Assembly (NCBI GenBank): GCA_013265495.1
Contig: MU057880.1
Span: forward strand, 588,527 to 652,526
Source of the DNA: Vicugna vicugna
Lineage: Eukaryota
Reading direction: 5' to 3'
Length of the DNA: 64,000 bases
A program made the position numbers and the translations under genes. The notes under the pieces were generated by a model, which saw nothing but the letters and a program-made list of their open reading frames with translations, had not been told where the DNA came from and did no database searches. Numbering within the stretch: the stretch's first letter is position 1; each line of letters opens with the position of its first letter. Positions 1-11,010 of this stretch are shown here, piece after piece.

Positions 1-270
1 AAACACACCTACGGTTACCAAAGGGGGAAAGAGGAGAGGGACAAACTGGGAGTTTGGGATTAACAGACGCAAACCACTGTATATAAAGCAAAGAAACAGC
101 AAGTTTCCACTGCACAGCACAGGGAACTAGATTCAGTATCTTGTAATCATCTAGAATGAGAAAGGATATGAAAATGAATATATACATGTTTAACTGAATC
201 ACTACACGGTACACCAGAAACTAACACAACATTGTAAACCAACTACATTTCAATAAAAAATAAAAAAAGA
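1..270 (+). mobile_element. LINE-1 3' UTR end with polyA signal and tail (cetartiodactyl-type L1)
   Basis: ggttaccaaaggggga...cacagggaacta...caccagaaactaacacaacattgtaaa...caataaaaaataaaaaaa is a typical L1 3' terminus. Confidence 0.85.
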
Positions 271-1400
271 ACCGCCACCACCAAACCGGCAGCAGGGCGC
301 CTCTCCGTTGGGGGGCCGGCCGACCTGACCTGGGGGACGCCGAGGACAAGGAGGCCTGGCCCCGCGCTGGAGGCCGCGCTGCACCCCGGCCTTCCTCACT
401 GCCGCCTGGGCCCAGCCCGGCCCCCTGGGCGTCCCCTAGAACAACAGAAACCACCTCTCCCGGCTCACTCGCTCTTCCTACAGAAACACGTGCACATCTT
501 CAGAGCACTGTCTTACCACGTCCCTGGCCCGTTCAGGAGGACTCATCAGGGCTATACTCTCACATTCTGACGAGAGTGAGGTTACAGGAGGTGGGGCAGG
601 AGGGGCACAGGCCACCACGCTTTAATTAATGTAGTCAATTTAAAAAAAAATACTTATTTAGTAATTTTAAATAAAGATATGAAATCAGTTAAGATTTTAA
701 AAAGCCTTTAATCAAAATAAACATACTTAACTGTGAAAAGCGCACAGTTGGGGGAGAACAACTGAAACTGGGGGTCTCTGGAGCACCAGGACCCCTGCAG
801 AGGCAGCCAGGCCAGTGCACGGCGCCCCGCCCGCCCACCAGACCCGGTCTGCAGGGTCTGGAGAAAAGACCCAGGCATCAGGGTCAAGCGTGCCAGCGCT
901 GGGGACGAGGGCGCTCCGCAGCAGTCAGCACAGGGGAGCCGAGTCCCTGGGAGGGCAGCCCCAATGGCCGAAGGGGGCCCTGCACACGGCCTGGCAGCAG
1001 ACAGACAGGCGGCCACCCGCCCCGCTCCCCGCTCCCCGCTCCAAGTCCCCTGGCCCCGGGGACCCCTCCCTGCCTCTCTGCAGACTCGAGTGAAGCCCGT
1101 CACAGACACAAGTCTATTCCTGACCAACGCACGGGCGCTGCCTGACCTGGTGTGGTCATGTCACATGTGCAAAATACAAAGAAGTCAACGGAGAGACTCA
1201 GTCCCCCCACCTTTCCTCTGTCCTCCCCCTTAAGAGGCTGGAACTGGGGCTACAACATTCAACAGTCCTTTCTTAAAGATCTCTATGCCAGCAGCCGAGG
1301 TGCGGCCCCGCTCTGCCAGAAGAGAGAGGCAGAGAGAGGAACTCCACAGAAGGACGGCCAGCTTCGTGGAAGCGGGACCACAGAAACGTGTGCACAGTAC

Positions 1401-1484
1401 CTGCTGCGTGGAAGAAACATGGACTCCTTAATGAACACGGAACCAGAGAGCAGGATATACCAGCAGGTCCCAATATCATCAGGG
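1401..1484 (-). CDS. RAPGEF2: RAPGEF2 coding exon (exon 4), 84 nt, phase 2 to 2, (Y)PDDIGTCWYILLSGSVFIKESMFLPRS(S); cNMP-binding-like domain
   Basis: Minus strand reads ctaattttattgtcttttctttcag|CCCTGATGATATTGGG...CCACGCAGCAG|gtactg. WYILLSGSV is a typical cNMP-binding domain beta-strand motif. In frame with the preceding exon. Confidence 0.97.
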
Positions 1485-2379
1485 CTGAAAGAAAAGACAA
1501 TAAAATTAGGTAGTTATCTCTAACCAAAAAAATAAAAATAAAAAACATACATAGCACCAAGTATAGTACCCATGCTAATCCTAGAATCCTGAAAAAAAAT
1601 GAATAGCATAAAACAGGCACACAAAATATCATTATTTAGCTATTGGAGTCCATTTTTTATTACCCAAATAAGCTACATGTATTTATCAGCATACTTAAAT
1701 GTTTTAAATGTTCCTCAGACCTACAGCACTTTATTTTATTTTTTATAAGTTTTATTCTTTCATCTAATTTTTTCAATCTGAAAAGACTTCCCCTTGCTTC
1801 ATAAAACAAAAAATATAAAGAGGTCAACAGTGAGACTCAGTTCCCCCGCTTTCCCTGTCCACCAAGCTCCCACGTCCCTGCACCAGATGTGCTGGAATTC
1901 TTTCAGAGTTTCCTTACACACACGTACACAAAAATGGGCCCATTCTTATGCCCTCCTCCACCTTTTTTTCCATTTTACAGCACAGACAGCATGCTGTACA
2001 GTGCTCTTCCCTTTGTGCTCTTAGAGGCCTTCTCATCAGAAGATGGCTTTCTTGTTCAGTCCAGACGTGCCTTGCTGGACTGAAGCAGCCCCCTCCTGCT
2101 GGCATTTCAGTGGATTTAATGCATGCAGTTAAAAGAAAATTCAGCCTGTAATGAGTGATCTTGTACCTCCAGCAGTAACTGTGATGAGTAACCAGAAGTC
2201 CAGCTGGGGGGTGAAAGGTCACACCCCCGTGACCCTGATAAACACGGCCAGGGGTCCTTCCCAGGCGGTGCACCCCAGAGGCTCCCGGCCTCCTGCAGCC
2301 CTCCTAGGGGAGTCTGCCTATTTGTCTAACAGACGTTTAACACCTCACAGTGAGGGCTGTTCCAGGTGACCTTAGGACA

Positions 2380-2760
2380 CCTCACAAAACAACAACAACA
2401 AAGATCCCTGACCTCATGGAGCTTATATCCTGGGGAGACAATACACATAACAGACAATAAAAACATAATACATCAGTAAATTATAAGTCCATGCTCTGGG
2501 GCATAAATTAGTGGAGGGTAAGGAAAACAGGGGTGGGTGATACAATTTTAAATGTGTGATCAGGACAAGTCTCGCTGAAAGAGCCTGTCTGATCAGAGGA
2601 GCGGAGCACCCCTGGCCCGGGGCAGGGAGGTGAGTGCAGAGGCCCAGGCGGGCGGCGCCGGGCAGGGCGGCCAGGGAGGGGCTGGAGACTGGCTGTCATG
2701 ACCTTCACACACCTAGGATCGACACTGAGATCTAAGCCTGTCTGGTGGTTGTCCGGCTTC
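2380..2760 (-). mobile_element. LINE-2 (L2a-like) 3' fragment
   Basis: ccctgacctcatggagcttatatcctggggagacaata...agacaataa matches the reverse complement of the L2 3' end. Boundaries approximate. Confidence 0.65.
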
Positions 2761-4169
2761 CACATACATGCACATGACCCAGGACGCTCCTTTCAAACGC
2801 CTGTCCCAGGCTCTACCCATCCCACCCGGCCCCAGTGTGTGACTGCTGCTGGGAGAGCCATCACAGCACCTTTAAACAAATATCCCCGGTCGTTCTTATC
2901 CCTGCGTTTGTCACGCTGAACAACCTTGAGAAAAACTATCTCGGGATCAAGCCCAAATGAGAACAAAAGGCAGGGAAAAGTGACAGCCCTGTCACTGACC
3001 ATGTCACGAGTTTCGTGGGTCTTATTCACCAATGTTACTTTAATTTTTCTCAAATAGTTGTTTTATGTCATTCAACTATGCGCTAAGGAGTCCCGTCAAG
3101 GGCTGCTGAGATGCCTAAAGCTAGGAATCTTGGGATGACCATGACTGAGCATGTCCTGGTAACCGAGTCTTCCAGCACCAGTAACAGGCAGAGGGAAAAC
3201 CCTGAAGACGAAAGAGGCGTGTGCAGGAGGGAAGACCTCTGCAGGTCCCTCCATTACCCAGCCAGATGCTCAGAGAAGCCCTGCAACTTCCAGATGGAGC
3301 TGAGAGCCACAAGGGCAGGCCGGGTCCCAGCCCCCATGCTGCACCCCGCCACGCCACCGGGAAGCCACAGAGCCCTGCCTGCGACAAGCACTGAGGAAAG
3401 GGAAGACAGCCAAGCAAAACAAAACAAAACAGAGACGGGCCAGCAAAAACGATCAGCTCGCCTTCAGTGAGACCTGAGAGAAGGACCCGGAGCAGTCGTG
3501 CTGGACCGGCCCCTCCTCCAGGCCCACCGGGACAGGACGGCAGGTCTGGAATGGGATGGGGGTGGCGGCACACACCCCGCCCCACTCTTTCCCATCTTAC
3601 CTCCTGCTGCCCTCAGCACAAGCCCCGCTGCTGGGGGGGCTCCTGTCTGTGCCCCGCTGCCTGGCCCTCTTCACCTCCTAAGTCAGCCTTCCTCTGCGGG
3701 GTCTCATTCCAGGATGCGTTCCCCACCCACTTGTCCTATTTTGTCCTTCCCTACCTCGGTCCCACTCCCAAGCTCTCTGTTCCCCACCTTCCCCCACTGG
3801 AGCTCCTTCAGGCATCGTGGACACAGGGCAGGATGTCAGTCGGTGTTTACTCAGGTAAATGGGATCAGCACCTGCTTCCTCTTGTGACCCAGGTTCCTGG
3901 GAGAAGGAAGCCCAGCCCCTCGGTGCAGCCCCCAGGAGAAGTAGGACGGAGCCAGGCAGAGAGCACGGGCTTGGGGACACACATCCTGTCCCAGCCACCA
4001 TCATCCCGGCAAAGGGAGCTTTGGGGTCCAGCTCCCCAGCTGCACACGGGGATATCAGGCCTCCTTCACAACGTTACTTTGATCTAATGAAACAATATCC
4101 ATCAAGGCCCTTGCAAAACAAGCACATAAAAAACAAAGGCTCTCCTCTTCCCTTTTCCTCCCTGCAGGA

Positions 4170-4592
4170 ACCAACCTACGACCTCACTTTATGCTCCCAA
4201 CCCAACACAGCCGAGGTGACAACTGTCATGCTGTCCAGCCATACTGTGCTCTCCCCCTCCCCTGTGCCTCAGGGCCTTTGAACAAACCCGCTGGCCCAGT
4301 CTCACGGAGTGCCTTTGCCTAGTAAACGCATTACTCACCCTTTGAAGCCCAGGTCAACTACCACTTCCTCTGAGAAACGACGTAACATCTTCTCAATAAA
4401 GTGAGTCATCCTCCTCCTGGGTCCCCAGGGCACTCTGTACTTGGTCCCATGACCCAGCTGCCAGGGTGCTGTAATCACTCACTTCAGAAGTTTTCCCCCA
4501 TTAGCTTTCAAACTCTTCTAACTCATCAGAATCTCCCATACACACACCATAACGCTCGACTGGCACTCCGATATTTCATTAATAAATGAACT
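4170..4592 (+). mobile_element. LINE-2 3' fragment
   Basis: Contains gcctcagggcctttg and tactcaccctttgaagcccaggtcaactaccacttcctctgagaa, and ends in aataaatgaa. Boundaries approximate. Confidence 0.6.
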
Positions 4593-4989
4593 AACAGCTG
4601 ATTATACACCAACTCGGAGACAGTATTAAAGTGTCTGGAAGTCAAAGATGTGAGCTTCAACTTAGCAGGAACTGGGAAAATGAAGCCGGGCTCGGAGACT
4701 GTCCCGAGCAATACCCTGGATGCCCACGGGGTGGCGGTGTCTGCACGCTGAAGCGCTGCAGGTCCGCCACATTCCGGCTCAGAGGGGAGGGGGCTCACAC
4801 ATGGGACCACGCTGGGGTCGGCAAGGGGGCTGGGAGAGTAACTGCTAAATCCAAGGAGTCAGGTTAAACCAGTACCAGTGATCATTAGACGGCAAAGAAA
4901 TGACCTGGGGGAAAGCTATTTCATTCAGTTGCTGATACACTGTGAAAACTTCAAGGCTGCAGGAAGGGGCAGGAGGGAGCAGGAGAAAG

Positions 4990-5850
4990 GCTGTCACAGA
5001 AGCCGAGGGGCAGCGGCTGCGGCCACGCGCGCTGACCCCGCGGACACCGGGCTGAAAGCCCGCCCGCCGCCAGCCGCCCGCGGACCCCTCACCGAGGTCT
5101 GTGCATTTGTGTTTGGGAGGAAGGTGTCAACCAAGGGAACCGCGGGGATGGTACCCAGACAACGACAAACCGTCCGGGACCAGAGGTCCGGGCACGGCGG
5201 GGCCGGTCCGGGAAGGGACCCCTCCCGCGGGCGCGGACGGAGGGCGGCGGGCGGGGCGCGGGGCCCCTCCGCGCCGCGTGCGGACGGCAGTACCCGGGAT
5301 GCCACGCGGATGCGCAGCGACGGCTCCGCGAACACGAGTGGGTGCCGGGGCGGGAAGGTCCAGAAACGGAGACGAAGCCGCGCAAGGGGAGGGGGGAGGT
5401 CAGGTACAACGAACACCAGCTTTCCCGGCGAGCTCGGAAGAGGGGCTGCCTTCTCCCGCCCAGGGTGCCCCCCGTGCGCACCCGGGAGCGGGACTGCTGG
5501 CTCCACGTCCGGACCTAGGACACCAGAACGGGAAATAAGTGAAGGCCATCAGAGTTCCAGTAAGCAGGCGGAGACGGCCAGCGAGGAGCCCCGGAGGGCC
5601 GGGCACCGGTGACCCAGCTAGAAACACACCTGTTCCTCCCCTCTGTCCGCGGTCCCGGCAGCCTCGCCCAAGGAGAACGCCGGGAAGCAGGGGTCTCCCC
5701 GCATCTTCTGCGTCTCCACCCACCGCGTTCCGGGGGCTCCCCTCCCAGGCAGGCCTCTCCTAGCCGGAGCCGCTGCTCCAGTCCCGGGCCTCGGTCTCCG
5801 CCCCCGTGCTGTTACTACACGCTTCCGACCCGCGCAGACGCCTACTCTCA
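4990..5850. promoter_or_regulatory. Intragenic CpG island, probable alternative promoter in intron 3
   Basis: About 850 bp of very high GC and dense CpG. GC boxes (GGGCGG) near 5242-5254 and 5348-5353. Minus-strand splice donor at 5092-5091. Confidence 0.8.
5093..5106 (-). CDS. RAPGEF2: Candidate coding end of an alternative first exon (ATG CAC AGA CCT CG|gtgagg), in frame with exon 4 to give MHRPR-PDDIGTCW
   Basis: ATG at 5106, donor TCG|gtgagg, phase 2 matches the exon 4 acceptor, and it lies inside the CpG island. Kozak context is weak (caaATGc). Confidence 0.5.
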
Positions 5851-7031
5851 AGTATAGGACCATGCCAACAGCCAAAGTAGGAGTAACTTTACAGGTGACC
5901 CTCCACCCTTTCGTGGGAGTCGGCAGCTGGGTCTCCATGTGGACTGGCGAGCCCCTTGGACAGAAAGCCGGCCAGCCCTCTGCCCGCGGTAACAGCTCCT
6001 GCTGCTGGCTGAGGGGGATTTCCTAGGAACAGAGTGTCCCAGGGCTGAAAACAAGTTCCAGCAGCCGCCACCTTCCCATATGCAGATGGCTTTCCTCTTT
6101 TTCACAAATACATTACATCACTTCTGTCACTGGATTTATCAAGAAGTTTAATTTTTTTCTGCTCCTCTGGTGGGTCTCTAAGCTTTAAGCTCAAAGACAA
6201 AGTATGTATTACGTATTTTTGTAAGGCCAACGGCACAAAGCGAGCTCCCGGGAAAAGCTACTGCAATGGCGGCCTAGCGCAGGGCCCTAACGATGCCAGG
6301 TCAAGGTCAAAAGAAAGGCCAGGTGCAGGTGCCAGTTTTACTTGGGCATAAAGCGTGGGACATATTTTAGAAGGAGCTCCACCAAGAGTTAAAGTTTACA
6401 TTTCTAACCTACAGAACAGCAATACTGCATGAGGAAAGTATACACTTCATAATATTTATACAGAAGTACATAATCATAAATTCCCACACATATGAAAACA
6501 CATTTTAAAAGCAGAGGGTAACTTTTTTGTTCTAGTTCCTGAAAGTTTTAAATTATAAGGAAGTTACTTCACTTTAATTCTTAAAAACTCTGAAGGAAAA
6601 AAAGCGCTAGTTCAACATTAAGGTTTTTAAGAAAATTCTGTTCTCTTCTTGATACCAATTCAATTACAGGGGCTTGAAACCAGCAAACAGGGTAAATCAG
6701 TAACATCCATAAGAACCCTGAAAGCTGATGGAAATATTAAGGCTCTTTCAGCTTTATTTTGAAAATATTTTATTTTAAATGTATTAAAGCATTTTGAAAA
6801 TATTTTTATTTTTGAAAAATATTATGTTTTGAAAGTTTGAAGGATAAGTAGACTTTTTTTATTCATAATTCACTTAACCAGCAGAGTTAATAATATAAAC
6901 TACTGAAAACTAGTAAAGACAAAAGTTCTGCAGGCTCCCTGTGCAGTCACTCTTAAATTTATAAAATCCATTTTAAACAGGAAGTGAAGGAATAATATCT
7001 TGTGAGTTACAAAGTTACTCAATAAACCCCC

Positions 7032-7119
7032 TTTTTTTTTTAAATAGAGGTACTGGGGATTGATCCCAGGACCTCACGCATGCTAAGCACATACTCTACC
7101 GCTGAGCTACACCCTCCCC
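7032..7119 (-). mobile_element. tRNA-derived SINE (camelid Vic-1-like)
   Basis: Reverse complement is ggggagggtgtagctcagcggtagagtatgtgcttagcatgcgtgaggtcctgggatcaatccccagtacctc plus an A tail. Pol III A and B boxes present, and aataaac is repeated on both flanks. Confidence 0.9.
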
Positions 7120-8439
7120 TAATAAACTCTTAAGCACAATTCGTCAATGAGTGACTCAGCTGCACTGAGGGCAGAGACTATGTATCCAAGGGTTTGAAGA
7201 ACAATTTATCAAATTTATAAGAGCAGCCAAAGTCAACTCTTTTGAAAACTACCAAAATTAATTTACAAATCTGCATCTTTCAGAGTTACGCACTGCAATT
7301 TCACTTTCATGACCTCTTTTCATCTAGAGAAAACTGGCATCCAGAAATGCTAAGGAAAACTTGCAGCTGTCAGATACCAAATTCAAACCAAATCTGCCCA
7401 GCCCAGCGACAAGGGCCCTGGGCCAGTTCACCTTGAGCCAGTCACCAGAAAGCACAGGAAGTAACGATGTCGACTACGTGTTACTTTAAACAGCTATATT
7501 TAAGAGGAGTTAGAGGTTTTTATTCACTAAGTAGTTTCACGGAAAATAGACACAAAGAACCTCACACCGAAGGTGCAGTCCGCTGTTTTATCAGGAAGTT
7601 AGACCATCATGAAGGTCGTGATCTGCTCACCTAGCAAAGGAGGAGCTCCCTTTGAGATAAGCACAAAAAATAACAGAGAAGACCAGATGCACGTTCCTGT
7701 GCCGGCGTCATGACAAATGTAAATCTGAAACGCAAACACAGTCCCGGCCCGGGTGGGGTTTAGAGGTTTTAAATCCCTTTATTTAACTACTCTTGTATTG
7801 GCCATGAAAAGAAAACATTTTCATTCAAAGACTTACAGTATATACAAGTATCATTATTGCCAAGAACCCTTGGAGTATCACCATATGAGCACAAAGCAGT
7901 CTTCTGAAGTCAGTCTGCTTGTGGGTATGTGTGCGCACGGGTGTATGTGTTTGAATTTTCATGCTTCCATACAGGACACGTGGCTGAACATCCTTATCCT
8001 GCAAGTCTGTGCGAAGGCTAAGTCTTTACAGATATCACTCTTCCGAGTCAGTAAAAACTTCAGGATTTGCCTTTTCCTTATACACAGACCCAAGGAAAGT
8101 TACGGAAACCAGACAAGAAGGACATTTCAAACAGTGGTAACACCCTGCTGGGGAAGAAAGGAAAAGAGGTTTGAGATACTTTCTTAAGCAACCTAGGTGA
8201 CAGATGAGCACTTTTGTAAGAATGTTCTAACAAGGTGTGTGTGGGAGGTGCGAGTGGGAAGGAAAAATAAATAATAAATAAATGTTATAATGAGACTTTG
8301 GTGTAAAATAAAATAAAAGTTTGGCCCCATCAGGAAGGAGAAAGCAGGACAACAATGGGATGAAAGAGCCAGAGGAAAACTTTGTAAGGATGGGAGACAT
8401 TGGCAGAGTCACTATGTGAGGGAAAGGGGACAGGACATG

Positions 8440-8714
8440 GGAGAGGAGTAACACCGTGGAAGGGGCAGCTCTCCCCCCAGGAGGAGGAATCACTGGAGAG
8501 GAGTAACACCACGAGAAGGGGCAGCTCTTCCCCCAGGAGGAGGAATCACTGGAGAGGAGTAACACCACGAGAAGGGGCAGCTCTTCCCCCAGGAGGAGGA
8601 ATCACTGGAGAGGAGTAACACCACGGGAAGGGGCAGCTCTCCCCCCAGGAGGAGGAATCACTGGAGAGGATTAACACCGTGGAAGGGGCAGCTCTTTCCC
8701 CAGGAGGAGGAGGA
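8440..8714. repeat. Minisatellite, about 5 copies of a 55-56 bp unit
   Basis: Unit ggagaggagtaacaccacg(a/g)gaaggggcagctct(t/c)cccccaggaggaggaatcact starts at 8440, 8495, 8551, 8607 and 8663. Confidence 0.97.
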
Positions 8715-9789
8715 GGCACCGGAGGGAACTGTGGCCACAGGAAACCCGTGGAGTCTGAGAACAGAAGCAAAGTGGGGCAAGGCCACTGGAGGAGGGGAGC
8801 ATGGAGGGAGGGACAGAGGCGGGTTGCCCAGCAGAGAAGCGAGGATCGGGGACAACTGTTGTGCCCAGGAAATCAAAGTCCCCGAGCGAGAAGCCCACCA
8901 AGCAGAGTGGGTGCTGCAGCGGGGCCTGGGGGCCACAGGTCGAAGGATGGAAGCGAAAGGCCTGAGGAGGCTCAACAGACCTCAGTGCGGCTTTTTAAAA
9001 TAAAGGAGCCACCTCCTCTCCTGCAGGGAGGGGAGATAAGCCCCTTAACCAAGTGCTATGGAAACTGTTCCGGAACCAAAGCATCCCACCCACATGTGTG
9101 TGGGAAACGGGCTGCGGTTCAGCCGGACACGTACTATAGTGTAGCTGCGTGTGCGTGTGCATGCGTGCGTGTGCACACTCTAAAACCAGGAGTCCAGTGG
9201 TTGAATTTCTGACCCAAAGGTTTCCAGCACTTTAAATGCAACTATAGATGAAACTGAAATGGTGAGGATGGCTGGCTATTTAAGAAAAAGTAAAGATAAA
9301 GGACAGATCTGTTAACCTCATTGCTTAAATTCTTGAAGAAAGAGCTCCCTGAACTAAAGTCCCTCTGGTTTGAAATGTCTATTATCCCACTTAGAACTTC
9401 CCAGCCAGCAACGCCCCTCCGCGGAGCAGACAACAAATGAAAGGCAGGCATAGGTGCCTGGTGCTCTCGCCCACGGTGTAAAGTTCAACCGATTTTATCT
9501 AACTCTCCAGTGTCAACAAATTCTAGGTTCTACATAGGCAATTCTAAACTCGAAAAATTCAGTTCTCTCAGAACCACGTCTCTTCCTGGATCTCAATACA
9601 ATTTAAAATGGCATTCTGTCACTCTGCGTAGGTTGAAACAGTAACACTGTGGGAGTTACAGAGTCACTGCCCTAACTCCTTCCTAAAAAAGAAAAGTTTC
9701 AAGCAGCTAGAAAAACTGGGAGAACAAAACACAAATTACCAAAACAACGAACATGCAGTGGCAGTGATGTCAGCTGCAGACGTGTCCGT

Positions 9790-9930
9790 CCCTCAGCCTC
9801 ACAGCAGCACGGAGGGGCGGGTGCTGTGACCACTGCTTCCATTTTACAGGTGAGAAAAACGAGGTGCAGAGGTGGATCAAAGGAGTATTATATTCACCTG
9901 GTGCAACTGTTAAAATCACAGGCTTGGAAG
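9790..9930 (-). mobile_element. MIR SINE fragment
   Basis: ccattttacaggtgagaaaaacgaggtgcagagg is the reverse-oriented MIR core. Confidence 0.75.
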
Positions 9931-10819
9931 TCACCAGCACACAACACAACAAGGAAAATGAATACTCATCTCTGGGCCATAAAACCAAATTCTGAAGGTC
10001 TTTGATTTTCCGACTGCACTGCGTTCTCTGAGCTCCAGGGAGGACAAGAACAGACTGGCCATCTCCCCCAGGTGGTAACAACAACAGGTCCCCAGAGAGG
10101 GCTGGTGCTACTCCGCCATCACAGATTCATACCCACCGCAAGCACAAGCCGCGTCTGATTTTTCAAAAGTGCACTCACACAGACTGCTAAGAGCAGAGAC
10201 GTGTCTGTTCAAGGATCACGGAGGAAGACTCTTCAATTAGCCTTCAACACAAGACTGGCCAAAGACTGGGAATCTGATTAAGTGAATCTACGATCCGTCT
10301 CTGGAAACTTCCGGTCTTACGAAACCGCCATCTACTGAACACCCGTAGACGTTTCACGGCTTACTGACACGGCCACCTAACTCTGATTAGTCACCAATGA
10401 GCAATTACTACAGTCAAGTCTAACTGCGGGCTGCAGCCTGATGCATTCAATCTAGGATTAGCCAAGACATGTGAGCAATGCTGATGATGCAAAGCTCACA
10501 TTCACTGCCTAACTGACTTCTTAGAAAAAAAGAAAAAAAGAAGAAAAAAAAAAAAGAAGAAAGCAGGTATATTTAAAACACTGCAATTGAACTTCCACTT
10601 ACATGAATAATAGCTGGTCGTTGTTAGGAAGCTGGGAAGATGCAGGAAGAACAGCTAAGGGGCTTCCGTTGCCACCAGCAGCCCTCGGAAAGGCCAGCCC
10701 CATGGGAGAGGCGGTCCTTACCCTGTCAGCACACAGCACCCTTTTTTAACGACATGAAGGCGGCTGGGAAATGCTGGGGTTTGGGTAACAGCAAGGGCTG
10801 CAGAACTACAACGTCTGGG

Positions 10820-11010
10820 CCCAGACCCAGACCCTGCTTTGAGCAGAGAGACCCTGGGTCAGTTCCTCATCCTCTCCGAGCCTCAGTGCCTTCACCTGCA
10901 AAACGGGGTGATGGTAACATCTACCACCAAGACAGCCACAAGGGGTGAGGAGATCAAGGCACAGGAGGCACGGATTCGAGTATGGGATGGAGGGCGTGCT
11001 TGTTAAGTGC
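10820..11010 (+). mobile_element. MIR SINE fragment
   Basis: gaccctgggtcagttcctcatcctctccgagcctcagtgccttcacctgcaaaacgggg is the MIR core. Confidence 0.75.

Noticed and set aside
3111..4281. Overlapping 100-200 aa ORFs on both strands
   Set aside because: Low-complexity P/G/S-rich translations of GC-rich intron with no domain signature.
4878..5612. 244 aa plus-strand ORF and overlapping ORFs in the CpG island
   Set aside because: R/G/A/P-rich with no recognisable domain; stop codons are rare in GC-rich DNA.
7032..7119. tRNA-like sequences here and at 36304, 47893 and 61052
   Set aside because: Degenerate cloverleaf, A tails and target-site duplications identify them as SINEs, not tRNA genes.
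8440..8714. Regularly spaced repeats that could suggest a CRISPR array
   Set aside because: Units are contiguous with no unique spacers, in a mammalian intron; this is a minisatellite.
10365..10562. Long pyrimidine tract with AG acceptors and a TCA|gtaagc donor on the minus strand
   Set aside because: The tract is a simple A-rich repeat, candidate exon lengths (148-155 nt) are not frame-preserving, and nothing else supports it; likely a pseudo-exon.
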